From assembly GCA_019326865.1 (NCBI GenBank), contig GCA_019326865.1_4101.1: 64,000 nucleotides of DNA; one strand, written 5' to 3'. The notes under the pieces were generated by a model, which saw only the letters and a list, made by a program, of their open reading frames with translations, made no database searches and was not told the origin of the DNA. The DNA comes from a phage. Positions within the stretch are counted from its first letter, which is position 1. Each line of letters opens with the position of its first letter. Positions 37,944 to 47,471 of the stretch are shown piece after piece. A program made the translations under genes and the position numbers.

Positions 37944-38156
37944 ATGCAAGGTCAACTAATCGTTCGTAAATGGTCTGATACTAATGAAAAACCGTGGGAT
38001 GTACAATACATCGGACCGGATGGGGTATCACGTTATCAGCCTGGCGTAACGCATAGTACTGAGCAATATGCCGCCGCTCATCGTGAACGCCTGTTAGAAT
38101 CTATGCAACAGGGTTTAGGTGAAAAATTCATTCAAGATCATTGGCTGAAAGATTAA
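37944..38156 (+). CDS. hypothetical protein
   Basis: Start after leader hairpin ggggagaaatgattctccc. Confidence 0.55.
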   Translation: MQGQLIVRKWSDTNEKPWDVQYIGPDGVSRYQPGVTHSTEQYAAAHRERLLESMQQGLGEKFIQDHWLKD

Positions 38157-38242
38157 AAAGTACTTGTGTAGTATAGAAAATAAAGTATAATGTTTAATAC
38201 AGGAAGGGGAATAGTTCCCCTCCTAACAAAAAGGAAAGTAAC

Positions 38243-38416
38243 ATGATTCATGTAGAATTGTCAGTACTGAGAGATTTGTTTTATCGGATGGGTACTACTG
38301 GCGAATATCCGAAGGGTGATACTGCAAAACTTTTTGTATCTCTCGACTTATGGCAACGCGAACAATTAGTAATGTCGTGGCGTAAAGGTAAAGCAGATCG
38401 CGAGGTGAAAGCATGA
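38243..38416 (+). CDS. hypothetical small protein (57 aa)
   Basis: After promoter + hairpin. Confidence 0.45.
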   Translation: MIHVELSVLRDLFYRMGTTGEYPKGDTAKLFVSLDLWQREQLVMSWRKGKADREVKA

Positions 38417-38562
38417 AAGAATTTTTATTCGAAGTAGTTTTTATTGGTGTAAGTAGTCACCAATTGATTCGCTCAAGTGGTTACAATGTTTGCCAGGCAT
38501 GGAATAACATTAAACAAATGTACCCGAACGCTATCACATATCGCAACCCAAAACAAGTTTAA
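38413..38562 (+). CDS. hypothetical small protein (49 aa)
   Basis: ATGA-coupled to upstream ORF. Confidence 0.35.
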   Translation: MKEFLFEVVFIGVSSHQLIRSSGYNVCQAWNNIKQMYPNAITYRNPKQV

Positions 38563-38577
38563 AAATAATTAAAAAAA

Positions 38578-38667
38578 GGATTGACTTCGGTCAGTCCTTT
38601 TTGCTATTATATATTCATTGAGAGATAGCTCACTAGCCCACAGGGTGCGGGAGTGTATCTATTATAT
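38578..38667 (+). repeat. ~90-bp repeat element copy 2
   Basis: Matches 34851 copy. Confidence 0.75.
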
Positions 38668-38894
38668 GTTGGTGGGTGTATTATCTAGTACTGAAAACTA
38701 TTTGATAAAAAGTACTTGCATTGTACTTAGAATCAAGTATAATGTTTTACATCAGGACAGGGAACGAAATAAGTAACTTCCCGTTAAGTAGCCCAGGAGT
38801 AAGGCATACGAAAAACTCCCCTGATAAAATAGTTTGACAATAGTTTTAAGTACTGATAAAATAATCACATCAACTACTGATAAGGAAACATAAA

Positions 38895-39170
38895 ATGCGG
38901 GTTCTTCTGACAGCTAACGAAATCGAGCAAGTACTTACTACTAACCTGGAACAATGGAAACGTGAAGCAGATATCCAGGCGGTTCAATTGTTAAATGAGA
39001 AGTTAACGCCGGATGATTTAAGTAAGATTGTAGATCCTCAATTCTACGAAGATATTCACGACACCGCGTTAAGCGTCGAGGATGTACTAGATAAACACTA
39101 CATTGATACTAATTTACAGGGTTACGGTCGTAAAAATTTTATTACTATTCACGACATTTACAATAATTAA
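38895..39170 (+). CDS. hypothetical protein
   Basis: ORF after promoter. Confidence 0.6.
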   Translation: MRVLLTANEIEQVLTTNLEQWKREADIQAVQLLNEKLTPDDLSKIVDPQFYEDIHDTALSVEDVLDKHYIDTNLQGYGRKNFITIHDIYNN

Positions 39171-39256
39171 GTATTGACAAAGTATCTTAGTACTGTATAA
39201 TAGTTTACATCAAGTGAGGGGAATGGTTCCCCTCCTAACAAAGAGAGAAATAAAAA

Positions 39257-39439
39257 ATGGCTAAGTGCACTATCTGTAAGAAAGAAATAGTATTAGTTCC
39301 AAGTGCCCGTGAGCGTGCAGCTCGGTTCGGTGGCAAAGCGTCAGACTATACAAAAATGTTTACTACTCATGCAAATTGCCAGGTAGCAAAACGTTCACAA
39401 GAAAGCGTAGAATTAATGCGTAAACTTTCCAAAAAATAA
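39257..39439 (+). CDS. hypothetical small Cys-containing protein
   Basis: Promoter block duplicated at 39440-39525. Confidence 0.55.
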   Translation: MAKCTICKKEIVLVPSARERAARFGGKASDYTKMFTTHANCQVAKRSQESVELMRKLSKK

Positions 39440-39525
39440 GTATTGACAAAGTATCTTAGTACTGTATAATAGATTACATCAAGTGAGGGGAAACGGTTCC
39501 CCTCCTAACAAAGAGAGAAATAAAA

Positions 39526-39849
39526 ATGACTATGATCCTTGCCCAGAAAGTAGAACTGAAAATTGTAACTTCCTTTGACATTAAAGTTAATCGCTGGACT
39601 GATCGGAACGGTAATACTTACCACTCTTGCTACGTGTCTGCATTGATTGGTGATCGTTGGGAAGACTTGGGACACGAAACCTTTACATACGGTTACGGTA
39701 CGCAAGGCGAATACACTGGTTTGGAGATCATTAAAGAAACCGTTATAGGTTTCAACCCGAAAGAAAAAGTTATTCACCGCATCGAAAAAGAGATTAATAA
39801 AGAAATAACAGTTCGCTACTACGATGTAAAACGTAAGAAAGACATGTAA
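39526..39849 (+). CDS. hypothetical protein, paralog of 33165 gene
   Basis: Shared C-terminal VKRKKD motif. Confidence 0.6.
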   Translation: MTMILAQKVELKIVTSFDIKVNRWTDRNGNTYHSCYVSALIGDRWEDLGHETFTYGYGTQGEYTGLEIIKETVIGFNPKEKVIHRIEKEINKEITVRYYDVKRKKDM

Positions 39850-39935
39850 TAGAATCCATTTAAAGTACTATTTGACATTACACAGATAGTACTTTATAAT
39901 AGACTCTAACTTGTAGTATTAACTTAACTAATAGG

Positions 39936-40340
39936 ATGTATACCATGATTACTAAATTCTACGCTACCCGTGAAGCTGCCCGTATTGTTGCACGCGAGGA
40001 AGGAGCGGCATTTAAAGACATGGGCAAAGATGCACCGAAAGGCCAACGCTGGAGCGTACAGTTCAAAGAAATCTCTGATATTGTGAATTCACCTGAACCA
40101 GTACTGACAGCAGCAGAACAGAAGAAAGCTGATGAACTGGCGGCAATTCTTAACGCTCAAGATGAATTCGTCGAGGGTGCTGATATCCAGGTTGTAGTAA
40201 ATTCGAATGCATGGACTCACGCGGATCATCTGGCTAACCTGAAGCGTCCAAGCGTATTGATTCGCAACCATAAAGAGATCCGACACGACCGCAAGGGCAA
40301 CCGTGTTACTGTATACAGTAAACGCCGCCAGGTTATCTAA
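39936..40340 (+). CDS. hypothetical protein, paralog of 27512 gene
   Basis: Shared KFYATREAAR..FKDMG..RKGNRVTVY; alternative start 39945. Confidence 0.6.
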   Translation: MYTMITKFYATREAARIVAREEGAAFKDMGKDAPKGQRWSVQFKEISDIVNSPEPVLTAAEQKKADELAAILNAQDEFVEGADIQVVVNSNAWTHADHLANLKRPSVLIRNHKEIRHDRKGNRVTVYSKRRQVI

Positions 40341-40362
40341 TACCTAGCAGTACTAACAACAC

Positions 40363-40387
40363 GGCGGGATCTGTTCCCGCCTTTTTT
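40363..40387 (+). terminator. terminator ggcggga-tctg-ttcccgcc + T-run
   Basis: GC stem then tttttt. Confidence 0.65.
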
Positions 40388-40402
40388 ACAGGATAAACTA
40401 AA

Positions 40403-40657
40403 ATGATTAAGGTAAAACTATCTAAAGATAATATCTTGCGGGTACACTATAAAGCCCCTCAGAGAATCATCACAAAGGCCGTACAGCTTGCGAATGAGTT
40501 TATTAATGGTAATCTATTACCTAGGAAGTTAAGCAACGGAAAACTGCGTGTAATCGATGTAGACACTAACAACAGAATAGTAATAGAGAATACCGGAAAG
40601 ATAAACCTATATGAACACCAACAATATAATAAGAAAATAAAACTAATTAGTCGTTGA
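40403..40657 (+). CDS. hypothetical basic protein
   Basis: ORF. Confidence 0.55.
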   Translation: MIKVKLSKDNILRVHYKAPQRIITKAVQLANEFINGNLLPRKLSNGKLRVIDVDTNNRIVIENTGKINLYEHQQYNKKIKLISR

Positions 40658-40711
40658 CAGTACTCAAATGTTTTAGTACTATATATCTATACCAACACGG
40701 AGAGAAACAAA

Positions 40712-40930
40712 ATGAAATTATCTAAAATCGAAAAGAAAACTATTGACGTAGCTATCCAACATGGTTACACCTTTCGTAATGATTTACATTTTACCAATTT
40801 TCAACAAGGGTATCGTACTATTAAAAAACTAATTGACAAAGGTTTATTAGTTAAAGTAGACAACGGCAACGGCGTTGAATATCAACCAACACAGGACGCA
40901 TTTAATTTTAAGAAATATAATATTATCTAA
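40712..40930 (+). CDS. hypothetical protein
   Basis: ORF with SD ggagag. Confidence 0.55.
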   Translation: MKLSKIEKKTIDVAIQHGYTFRNDLHFTNFQQGYRTIKKLIDKGLLVKVDNGNGVEYQPTQDAFNFKKYNII

Positions 40931-40987
40931 TTGACAGTACTCAAATGTTTTAGTACTATATCTATACCAACACAGGAAAAAAACAAA

Positions 40988-41572
40988 ATGCGTAATTATA
41001 CTAAATTCATCCGTACACTGTCAGAAATGGAAACCAACAAAGAGATCTTGACAGCTTGTCGGTTAGCTGGTCTGGAGATCATCGGTGCGGGGTCTTCCCG
41101 TATTGTATTCGCTTTAAATGATCGGTTAGTGATTAAGGTCGCGAATTGTGATGCGGGTGTAGAACAAAATGAAACAGAATGTAAAGTATGGAATTTTTTA
41201 GATTATGACCGACCTCAGTTGAAACAGTTCTTTGCTAAAGTACATATGCATTTAAGCGATCCTGATAATATGTTTATTGTTATGGATCGGTTGAGTACTG
41301 CAAGTAAAGGCAGTGTAAAGCACGTTAACGCGTGCAACGAATTAAAGTACAATATTAAACGTAATGCAATCGAACGCCAGCACCGCTTTGCTGATGCACT
41401 ACAACACGTCGATGATACATTATCAACACTAACGATCAGAGATATCAGAAAACAGAATATCGGACAGGATCGAAATGGACTGATTAAAGTACTTGATTAT
41501 GGTTTAACCCGCAATATCTGGAATCAGTACTATAAAAAGCGTGATGTAAAAGCCGTAACTATAACACGATAA
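40988..41572 (+). CDS. hypothetical protein, kinase-fold-like (IIGAGSSRIVF, VIKV, DIRKQN, LDYG)
   Basis: Gly-rich loop, lysine motif and catalytic/DFG-like motifs in canonical order; start at MRNYTKF. Confidence 0.5.
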   Translation: MRNYTKFIRTLSEMETNKEILTACRLAGLEIIGAGSSRIVFALNDRLVIKVANCDAGVEQNETECKVWNFLDYDRPQLKQFFAKVHMHLSDPDNMFIVMDRLSTASKGSVKHVNACNELKYNIKRNAIERQHRFADALQHVDDTLSTLTIRDIRKQNIGQDRNGLIKVLDYGLTRNIWNQYYKKRDVKAVTITR

Positions 41573-41586
41573 AAAAGATTAAAAAA

Positions 41587-41675
41587 GGGATTGACTCCGG
41601 TCAGTCCCTTTGCTATTATATATTCATTGAGAGATAGCTCACTAGCCCACAGGGTGCGGGAGTGTATCTATTATA
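41587..41675 (+). repeat. ~90-bp repeat element copy 3
   Basis: Matches 34851 copy. Confidence 0.75.
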
Positions 41676-41787
41676 TAAGTATTGAGTACTGAAAACTATT
41701 TTTAAAAAGTACTTGCATTGTACTTAGATTCAAGTATAATGTTTTATATCGAGAGGGGGAACGTCCCTGATAATAAGGAATAAAATC

Positions 41788-42009
41788 ATGACTACAATGA
41801 CTTGCATTTACGCTTCCAATCTTCTGAATGATGCTGTTTTTAATGTTGATTCAGAATATCAATGTTATCGGGATGAAAATAAAAAAGTTTTTGTAGTTGA
41901 TAATAATGGTTTCCATATTGAATTACAATCCGGCTTCACTGGTGTTGATGGTAAATCAGTATGGGGCGTACAGGATGATAAAGGCACATATCATTTTAAA
42001 CGTAATTAA
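41788..42009 (+). CDS. hypothetical protein
   Basis: ORF after promoter. Confidence 0.55.
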   Translation: MTTMTCIYASNLLNDAVFNVDSEYQCYRDENKKVFVVDNNGFHIELQSGFTGVDGKSVWGVQDDKGTYHFKRN

Positions 42010-42124
42010 GTATTGACAAAGTATCTTAGTACTGTATAATAGTTTACATCAAGGGCAACGGGAAGTTTTAAAAACTTCCCTATAGGGAGAACAGTTCTCC
42101 CCGATACTAAAAGGAAACAAAAAT

Positions 42125-42397
42125 ATGTCTAGCTACTCCGCTACTATGATCATTAAAGATATGAACGGTAATCCTACTGCTGCTGGTGGATCATTTGGAA
42201 ACATTAACTTAGATGGTCGGTTAACCATGCAATCAGCCATCAATGCAGCGAAAGAAGTTTTTAAGAATGAATGCACTGTAAGTAAGCTGGATTATATGGG
42301 ATTCGCTATCGAGAAAACTAATCGTTTTGTGAACTACAAAAATCCACTGATGATTGATACTAACCTGAAAGCTAACGAAGTGGAATACTTATTATGA
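42125..42397 (+). CDS. hypothetical protein
   Basis: ORF after promoter with two leader stem-loops. Confidence 0.6.
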   Translation: MSSYSATMIIKDMNGNPTAAGGSFGNINLDGRLTMQSAINAAKEVFKNECTVSKLDYMGFAIEKTNRFVNYKNPLMIDTNLKANEVEYLL

Positions 42398-42585
42398 CAG
42401 TTGAAGAAGTTAAAAAAGTACTGGCAGTTCTACGCTATCATAACCATTGCAAGGTGAAGAATGATTCTGATTATCTTGATTCATCCCTTGAGGAAGACAC
42501 ATTAAACGCAATAAGCTATATGCAAACATTATTAAAACGTATGACCGAAAAGAATAGACCGGACTATATCGGAAATAAAATTTAA
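42394..42585 (+). CDS. hypothetical protein
   Basis: ATGA-coupled. Confidence 0.5.
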   Translation: MTVEEVKKVLAVLRYHNHCKVKNDSDYLDSSLEEDTLNAISYMQTLLKRMTEKNRPDYIGNKI

Positions 42586-42671
42586 AAAGTACTTGCATTG
42601 TAGTTAGATTAACGTATAATGTTTTATATCGAGAGGGGAAATGGTTTCCCCTCAAGTCCAGGAGATACACA

Positions 42672-42935
42672 ATGAACACTATCGAAATCACTATCAATGC
42701 TCACGTATACGACAACGTAGTACTGCAAACTACTATGACCGCTAATGATACCAGTACTTTGCGGAATACTGTTATTAGTGCTGTATGTGCCGCTATCGGT
42801 GATGTCGCCCTGGAAAATGCAAAACACGTAAACGATGGTTTCACTATGTGCAAGCGTGATAACGCAAAACATATCATCGTAGAAGGTTACGGCGGTGTAG
42901 AATATAATGTTTATATGAAAAAAGTACTTGCATAA
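42672..42935 (+). CDS. hypothetical protein
   Basis: ORF after promoter + hairpin. Confidence 0.6.
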   Translation: MNTIEITINAHVYDNVVLQTTMTANDTSTLRNTVISAVCAAIGDVALENAKHVNDGFTMCKRDNAKHIIVEGYGGVEYNVYMKKVLA

Positions 42936-43002
42936 TAACTAAAACAAAGTATAATGTTTTGCATAGGGGGAGATATCCTCCCCCACTAAAAGGAGTAATA
43001 AA

Positions 43003-43227
43003 ATGGCTAACTTTGATGAACTGATGCGGGAAGTAGCTAACCTGGCAGAAGAGAAGAAATCATTCGATTCTATCTATAACACCTCTTACCGTGATTCAGT
43101 ACTGGCATGTAACCAGGATCAAAAAGATGAACTAATCGCCACCTATTATGAAGCATGGAAGTACTACCGACAATGGGAGAAAGAAGAAAGTGAGTCTACC
43201 ATTGACGGCCTCAATAATCTAATCTAA
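43003..43227 (+). CDS. hypothetical protein
   Basis: ORF after promoter + hairpin gggggagatatcctccccc. Confidence 0.6.
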   Translation: MANFDELMREVANLAEEKKSFDSIYNTSYRDSVLACNQDQKDELIATYYEAWKYYRQWEKEESESTIDGLNNLI

Positions 43228-43302
43228 AGTTTTATTTCAGTACTATTGACATAGATTGATAGTACTGATATGATAACTTTACTATCTACAAGGGGAAACA
43301 TC

Positions 43303-43560
43303 ATGGAACAATTCACACAATATCGGGTAAATCCTCAAGCTATGGCATACGTAGAAGACCATAAAACGTTACCAGTACAAACACCAATTAAAGGCCATAT
43401 CTATCGTGCAATGTCATGGAATCCGGCCCAGTATGGCTATAACACCGTAGCCGTGGGCATGTACTGCGGCAATGGTGAATGGTTTGATCCTAACAATCCG
43501 ATTGCACTTGATAGTACTGAAAAAATGAAATGGGCCGACTACATCGAAGATATTTCATAA
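43303..43560 (+). CDS. hypothetical protein
   Basis: Start at MEQFTQY. Confidence 0.55.
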   Translation: MEQFTQYRVNPQAMAYVEDHKTLPVQTPIKGHIYRAMSWNPAQYGYNTVAVGMYCGNGEWFDPNNPIALDSTEKMKWADYIEDIS

Positions 43561-43650
43561 AAATTATTTGACAGTACTAACCAGTAATGTATAATGTTTT
43601 ACATAGAGCGGGGGAATAGTTCTCCCGCCAATAGTTTGGAGTAAAACATT

Positions 43651-43851
43651 ATGTCTATCGCTATCGCCCTGGTCGAAGTACTGAAAGAAGCTAAAGCCAA
43701 CCTTATCGATGTACAGATTAAGGAATTGCAAAATGGCTTAATCGGCTGTACTTGTACCGCTGGTGGCCCGTCAGACTATCGGGAATTCGAATCACTTGAA
43801 TCGATGGTCCGTTATCTTACAATCATCGTAGAAGATTGGAGAATCATCTAA
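43651..43851 (+). CDS. hypothetical protein
   Basis: ORF after promoter + hairpin. Confidence 0.55.
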   Translation: MSIAIALVEVLKEAKANLIDVQIKELQNGLIGCTCTAGGPSDYREFESLESMVRYLTIIVEDWRII

Positions 43852-43869
43852 CAAAAAAAAAGAATAAAA

Positions 43870-43955
43870 AGGGATTGACTCCGGTCAGTCCCTTTGCTAT
43901 TATATACGCATAGACAAAAACTAGCCCACAGGGTGCATAGGTGTATCTTAAATAT
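43870..43955 (+). repeat. ~90-bp repeat element copy 4 (diverged 3' half)
   Basis: Matches 41587 copy at 5' end. Confidence 0.65.
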
Positions 43956-44097
43956 ATAGTTAATAACGGTGAGTAACTATCTGCTGGTGGGGTGAAAACT
44001 ATTAATAAAAAGTATTGACAAAGTATATCAGTACTGCAATAATGTATCTCGTAGGGCGGCAATGGTGCGACGGTCCACAAAGTTAGGAGATTCACAA

Positions 44098-44430
44098 ATG
44101 AGTACTTCAATCGCTATCGTTAAAGCTTTCATCCGTACCAACGTTTCATCTGTATTCATTGACGGACTGGATCGGGAAGTAGAATACTCAATCATTATCG
44201 CACAAACTGCAAACGGTGCTCGGTACATCCTTAATAATAGTGAAGCAAATCACTACTACTTCACTAAAGCCACTGGCTTTAAACGCATCGATGCTGATGT
44301 AGTATACGCTAAGATGAATAAGCTGGTAGACAAGATTAACGCGAAAGGTACTATCGATTTACAGTACTGGACCGAAACCGATCCAGAATATGGATCTCAC
44401 CGCTACCTGAATCCAGGTATTAAAATGTAA
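44098..44430 (+). CDS. hypothetical protein
   Basis: Start at MSTSIAIV with SD aggag. Confidence 0.6.
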   Translation: MSTSIAIVKAFIRTNVSSVFIDGLDREVEYSIIIAQTANGARYILNNSEANHYYFTKATGFKRIDADVVYAKMNKLVDKINAKGTIDLQYWTETDPEYGSHRYLNPGIKM

Positions 44431-44519
44431 AAAGTACTTGCATAGTACTTAGATTTAAGTATAATGTTTTTCATAGAGAGGGGGAAATGGTTCTCCCTCC
44501 TAAATTAAGGAGTTTTATC

Positions 44520-44921
44520 ATGACCTTCTCAATCACTTCCTTCGCTGACGTTTTAGTACTGGCTCGGACTTTCGGCAAAGCTGGCCTTGAGCACGCTGTA
44601 AGTAATGGTTATATGCACCCGGAATATTGCCGCATTATCGGTAGCTGTAAACGTTGGGCCGTGTCCCGTAATATTGAGATTGAAAACTTCAATGATGGTA
44701 ACAACGAATATACAGTTGATGCAGTATTCGAATCCGTTGATCTCGGCGGTATCTATAACACTAACCTGAATGATGTGCGTATTGTTCGCACGGGGTTCGG
44801 TGCTTATGATGTATCTATCCGTGAAGCGATGGACAAGGGATACATTAGCAAGGATCAGTTAGCTTACATTATGCAGCAGACTAAAGAGCGTAATGAAGCA
44901 CGCACTATCTTAGGTCTGTAA
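44520..44921 (+). CDS. hypothetical protein
   Basis: Start at MTFSITSF with SD aaggag. Confidence 0.6.
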   Translation: MTFSITSFADVLVLARTFGKAGLEHAVSNGYMHPEYCRIIGSCKRWAVSRNIEIENFNDGNNEYTVDAVFESVDLGGIYNTNLNDVRIVRTGFGAYDVSIREAMDKGYISKDQLAYIMQQTKERNEARTILGL

Positions 44922-44989
44922 GCATTACACATCACTAAACATCATAGGCCGCTCTCTAGCGGCCTTAACTATATCAGGAGTACATACAC

Positions 44990-45199
44990 ATGATCTATAC
45001 AGTATACAGTGTTCTAGGCACTATTGCAGGTGTACACGATAATGTCGATGATACTATGATTACAGTACTGCAACAGGTTCCACTAAAGCCTAAGACAGTT
45101 AAGAAGATGACCGCACGACTAACCAGGGCGACGGCTGGCGTGGAAGTATGGCAGGACTACGGGGATACACAGGTAATCGTAAGCGTAACGAGGGATTAA
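44990..45199 (+). CDS. hypothetical protein
   Basis: ORF with SD ggag. Confidence 0.5.
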   Translation: MIYTVYSVLGTIAGVHDNVDDTMITVLQQVPLKPKTVKKMTARLTRATAGVEVWQDYGDTQVIVSVTRD

Positions 45200-45448
45200 T
45201 ACGTAAAATGATTTAGTACTGATTCAGAAAAAAGTCAAGGCGTTTTTAAAATTATGCGTTAAAAAAATGCATAGGTAATCCCTTGACTTTTTTGAAATAA
45301 AAGGGATTGGACTATGGCAAAATGCGTAGGGGGGCTAAAGTGCGGGTAACTTAGCGGCTTCGATAAAGGGGTATTACGAATAAAATGTTATTGACTTTTT
45401 ATATAAATCGTATAAAATATGATTGATAATAATTTTAAGGGAGTCCCT

Positions 45449-45646
45449 GTGCGTATTTTAACTCAAGCAGAACACCACGAAAGACTTATCAATAACATGG
45501 CTATGATAATGTATAAGTCCCATGACCGTGGTATTGCCTATAAGCGTGAATTAGTACTGGAACTATTCATTGGAACTAACTTTCAGGAAAGGTATGTCAA
45601 CGATTGGATTTGGTATTTAATTGAAGATATAACGAGTAAACTATGA
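45449..45646 (+). CDS. GTNYQ-family small protein, member 1 (GTG start after SD aagggag)
   Basis: N-terminus VRILTQAEHHERL aligns with family M.IL..EY; C-terminal GTNFQERYV. Confidence 0.55.
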   Translation: MRILTQAEHHERLINNMAMIMYKSHDRGIAYKRELVLELFIGTNFQERYVNDWIWYLIEDITSKL

Positions 45647-45837
45647 TCATTTTAAATAAAGAAGAATATCAAGAACTGTTACGTAAAAACTTTGTAAAGA
45701 TTTATAATACAGACACACACGTAGAACGAATGGAGTTATACCTTTTGATTACATTGGGAACTAACTATCAGGAAAGATGGGTGATTCAATATATGGATAC
45801 ATTGAAAAATAAAATATTGTCCACGAGGAAACAATGA
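45643..45837 (+). CDS. GTNYQ-family small protein
   Basis: C-terminal LGTNYQERWV; ATGA-coupled. Confidence 0.65.
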   Translation: MIILNKEEYQELLRKNFVKIYNTDTHVERMELYLLITLGTNYQERWVIQYMDTLKNKILSTRKQ

Positions 45838-46043
45838 AAACTATAACACGAACCCAATCATTCGGACTTATCTTGAAATACATGGACTTAATGGTGGATA
45901 TCAGCAAAGACCTGCCTAAAACTGCAATTGAAGTTGCAAGAGCAGAGATCCGCATGTTGGCTGTACTGAACACAAACCATCAGGAAGAGTATGTTGACGA
46001 TTGGATTCGATTTTTAATAGAAGATATTAAGAGTAAACTATGA
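45834..46043 (+). CDS. GTNYQ-family small protein
   Basis: Family motif; coupled. Confidence 0.65.
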   Translation: MKTITRTQSFGLILKYMDLMVDISKDLPKTAIEVARAEIRMLAVLNTNHQEEYVDDWIRFLIEDIKSKL

Positions 46044-46252
46044 TTATATTAACACCTGAAGAATATAAGAAACGTTTTAATTCTGTCCAGACTGAAATAT
46101 TACTTATATACCTTTCAAATGCAGATCTTAACTTATCAAGGGTAATGGAGAAGGATTTACTTATGGGTGCATTTTTGGATACAGACTTTCAGGAGTATTA
46201 TGTAGGGGAATACTTTATTGCACTTCAGAACCACATTAAGAGTAAACTATGA
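46040..46252 (+). CDS. GTNYQ-family small protein
   Basis: Family motif; coupled. Confidence 0.65.
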   Translation: MIILTPEEYKKRFNSVQTEILLIYLSNADLNLSRVMEKDLLMGAFLDTDFQEYYVGEYFIALQNHIKSKL

Positions 46253-46464
46253 TTATTCTAGAAAAATCATATCAATATACTGAACGCATCGCTGCCAGAC
46301 AACTTGAAATCCTCATAATATACGAAGAGACTTCTGATTTAAACTTAGCCGAGGTATTGGAAAATGAAATACTTTTGGGTGCATTCTTGGGAACAGACTA
46401 TCAGGAGTATTATGAGGAAAAGTATTTGTCATCTCTTGAGAAATACGTCAGGAGCAAACTATGA
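46249..46464 (+). CDS. GTNYQ-family small protein
   Basis: Family motif; coupled. Confidence 0.65.
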   Translation: MIILEKSYQYTERIAARQLEILIIYEETSDLNLAEVLENEILLGAFLGTDYQEYYEEKYLSSLEKYVRSKL

Positions 46465-46688
46465 AACATTTAAGTAATATAGAGAAGAATAAAATTATCA
46501 TTGCTGTAATAAACAAATATTTTACACTTCCACAAAAAGAATGTTTATCTATAAGGGAACACAGGATAAACACCACCGAGATTCGCATGTTGGCTGTACT
46601 GGGGACTAACTTCCAAGAAGGCTATGTTCATGAGCACATCGTTGCACTCACTAATTACATAATGGACAAATGCAATGAACATCATTAA
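46461..46688 (+). CDS. GTNYQ-family small protein
   Basis: Family motif; coupled. Confidence 0.65.
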   Translation: MKHLSNIEKNKIIIAVINKYFTLPQKECLSIREHRINTTEIRMLAVLGTNFQEGYVHEHIVALTNYIMDKCNEHH

Positions 46689-46899
46689 TAACTTTGAATA
46701 CGAGGCCCGTGTTAAGAGTGCCAGAAAAAAAGAGAACACCATTTACTTCACTATGATGTACTTACAATGGACTGAAATTGAAGAAAAGGTTGCTGAAGTA
46801 TGGATGTTGGAATTCATGGGGACGCAGTATCAGAATAGGTTTGCGGGTGAGTATATCAATGTTCTTATGAAACAAATAGAAAGGAAGGAAAAGAACTAA
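46675..46899 (+). CDS. GTNYQ-family small protein
   Basis: Family motif (MGTQYQNRF). Confidence 0.6.
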   Translation: MNIINNFEYEARVKSARKKENTIYFTMMYLQWTEIEEKVAEVWMLEFMGTQYQNRFAGEYINVLMKQIERKEKN

Positions 46900-46984
46900 T
46901 GGAGGGATGCTGTACTTTATTGGAACTTTTATATATTCATGAACACATAGTTGCCCTCACAAATCTAATAAAGGATAAATGTAA
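46900..46984 (+). pseudogene. decayed fragment of a GTNYQ-family gene
   Basis: Translates in pieces to LYFIGT.. and EHIVALTNLIKDKCK, matching C-terminus of 46461 gene, without intact ORF. Confidence 0.5.
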
Positions 46985-47242
46985 ATGAAACACTTGACTG
47001 ATGATGAACATGAAACTATAATTCGTAAACTAACCCCCATCACAAGGATAGTCTACGGTGATCCCAGCCTCACATGGAACCAAATGCGAGCTAAAGTTAA
47101 TGAGCTATGGTTGCTGTACTTTATGGGGACTCAATATCAAGATAAGTTTTGCACAGAATATATCGAACAATTAACGAATGTTATACAGGATAAACTAAAT
47201 GAACGAATTGTGGAAAAATATGAAAACTTTATCAAGCATTGA
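46985..47242 (+). CDS. GTNYQ-family small protein (extended C-terminus; usual coupled stop lost)
   Basis: Family motif; junction aaactaAATGaa instead of aaactATGA. Confidence 0.6.
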   Translation: MKHLTDDEHETIIRKLTPITRIVYGDPSLTWNQMRAKVNELWLLYFMGTQYQDKFCTEYIEQLTNVIQDKLNERIVEKYENFIKH

Positions 47243-47471
47243 GTATCAGACTGCCCTCTTCTCTCTTCTAAACACCCTCCGCACGAACAATAAACTTTAT
47301 AATTCACGTGAAGCTGATATTGTCAACGCTGATGTATATCTTAATAAATTTATAGGGACTAACTATCAAGAACTGTTTGTTTTACGATATATCTCTGCAC
47401 TAAGAAACGAAATATCAGATAAAACCCGCCAAGCCAGAAGAGAATGGAAGAGACAATGCAACAAAGACTAA
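47199..47471 (+). CDS. GTNYQ-family small protein
   Basis: Family motif FIGTNYQELFV. Confidence 0.6.
   Translation: MNELWKNMKTLSSIEYQTALFSLLNTLRTNNKLYNSREADIVNADVYLNKFIGTNYQELFVLRYISALRNEISDKTRQARREWKRQCNKD

Noticed and set aside
45419-45448. ATG at 45419 as start of the first GTNYQ-family gene (track call)
   Set aside because: No SD upstream, whereas GTG at 45449 has SD aagggag and gives a family-typical N-terminus; the GTG start is preferred but uncertain.
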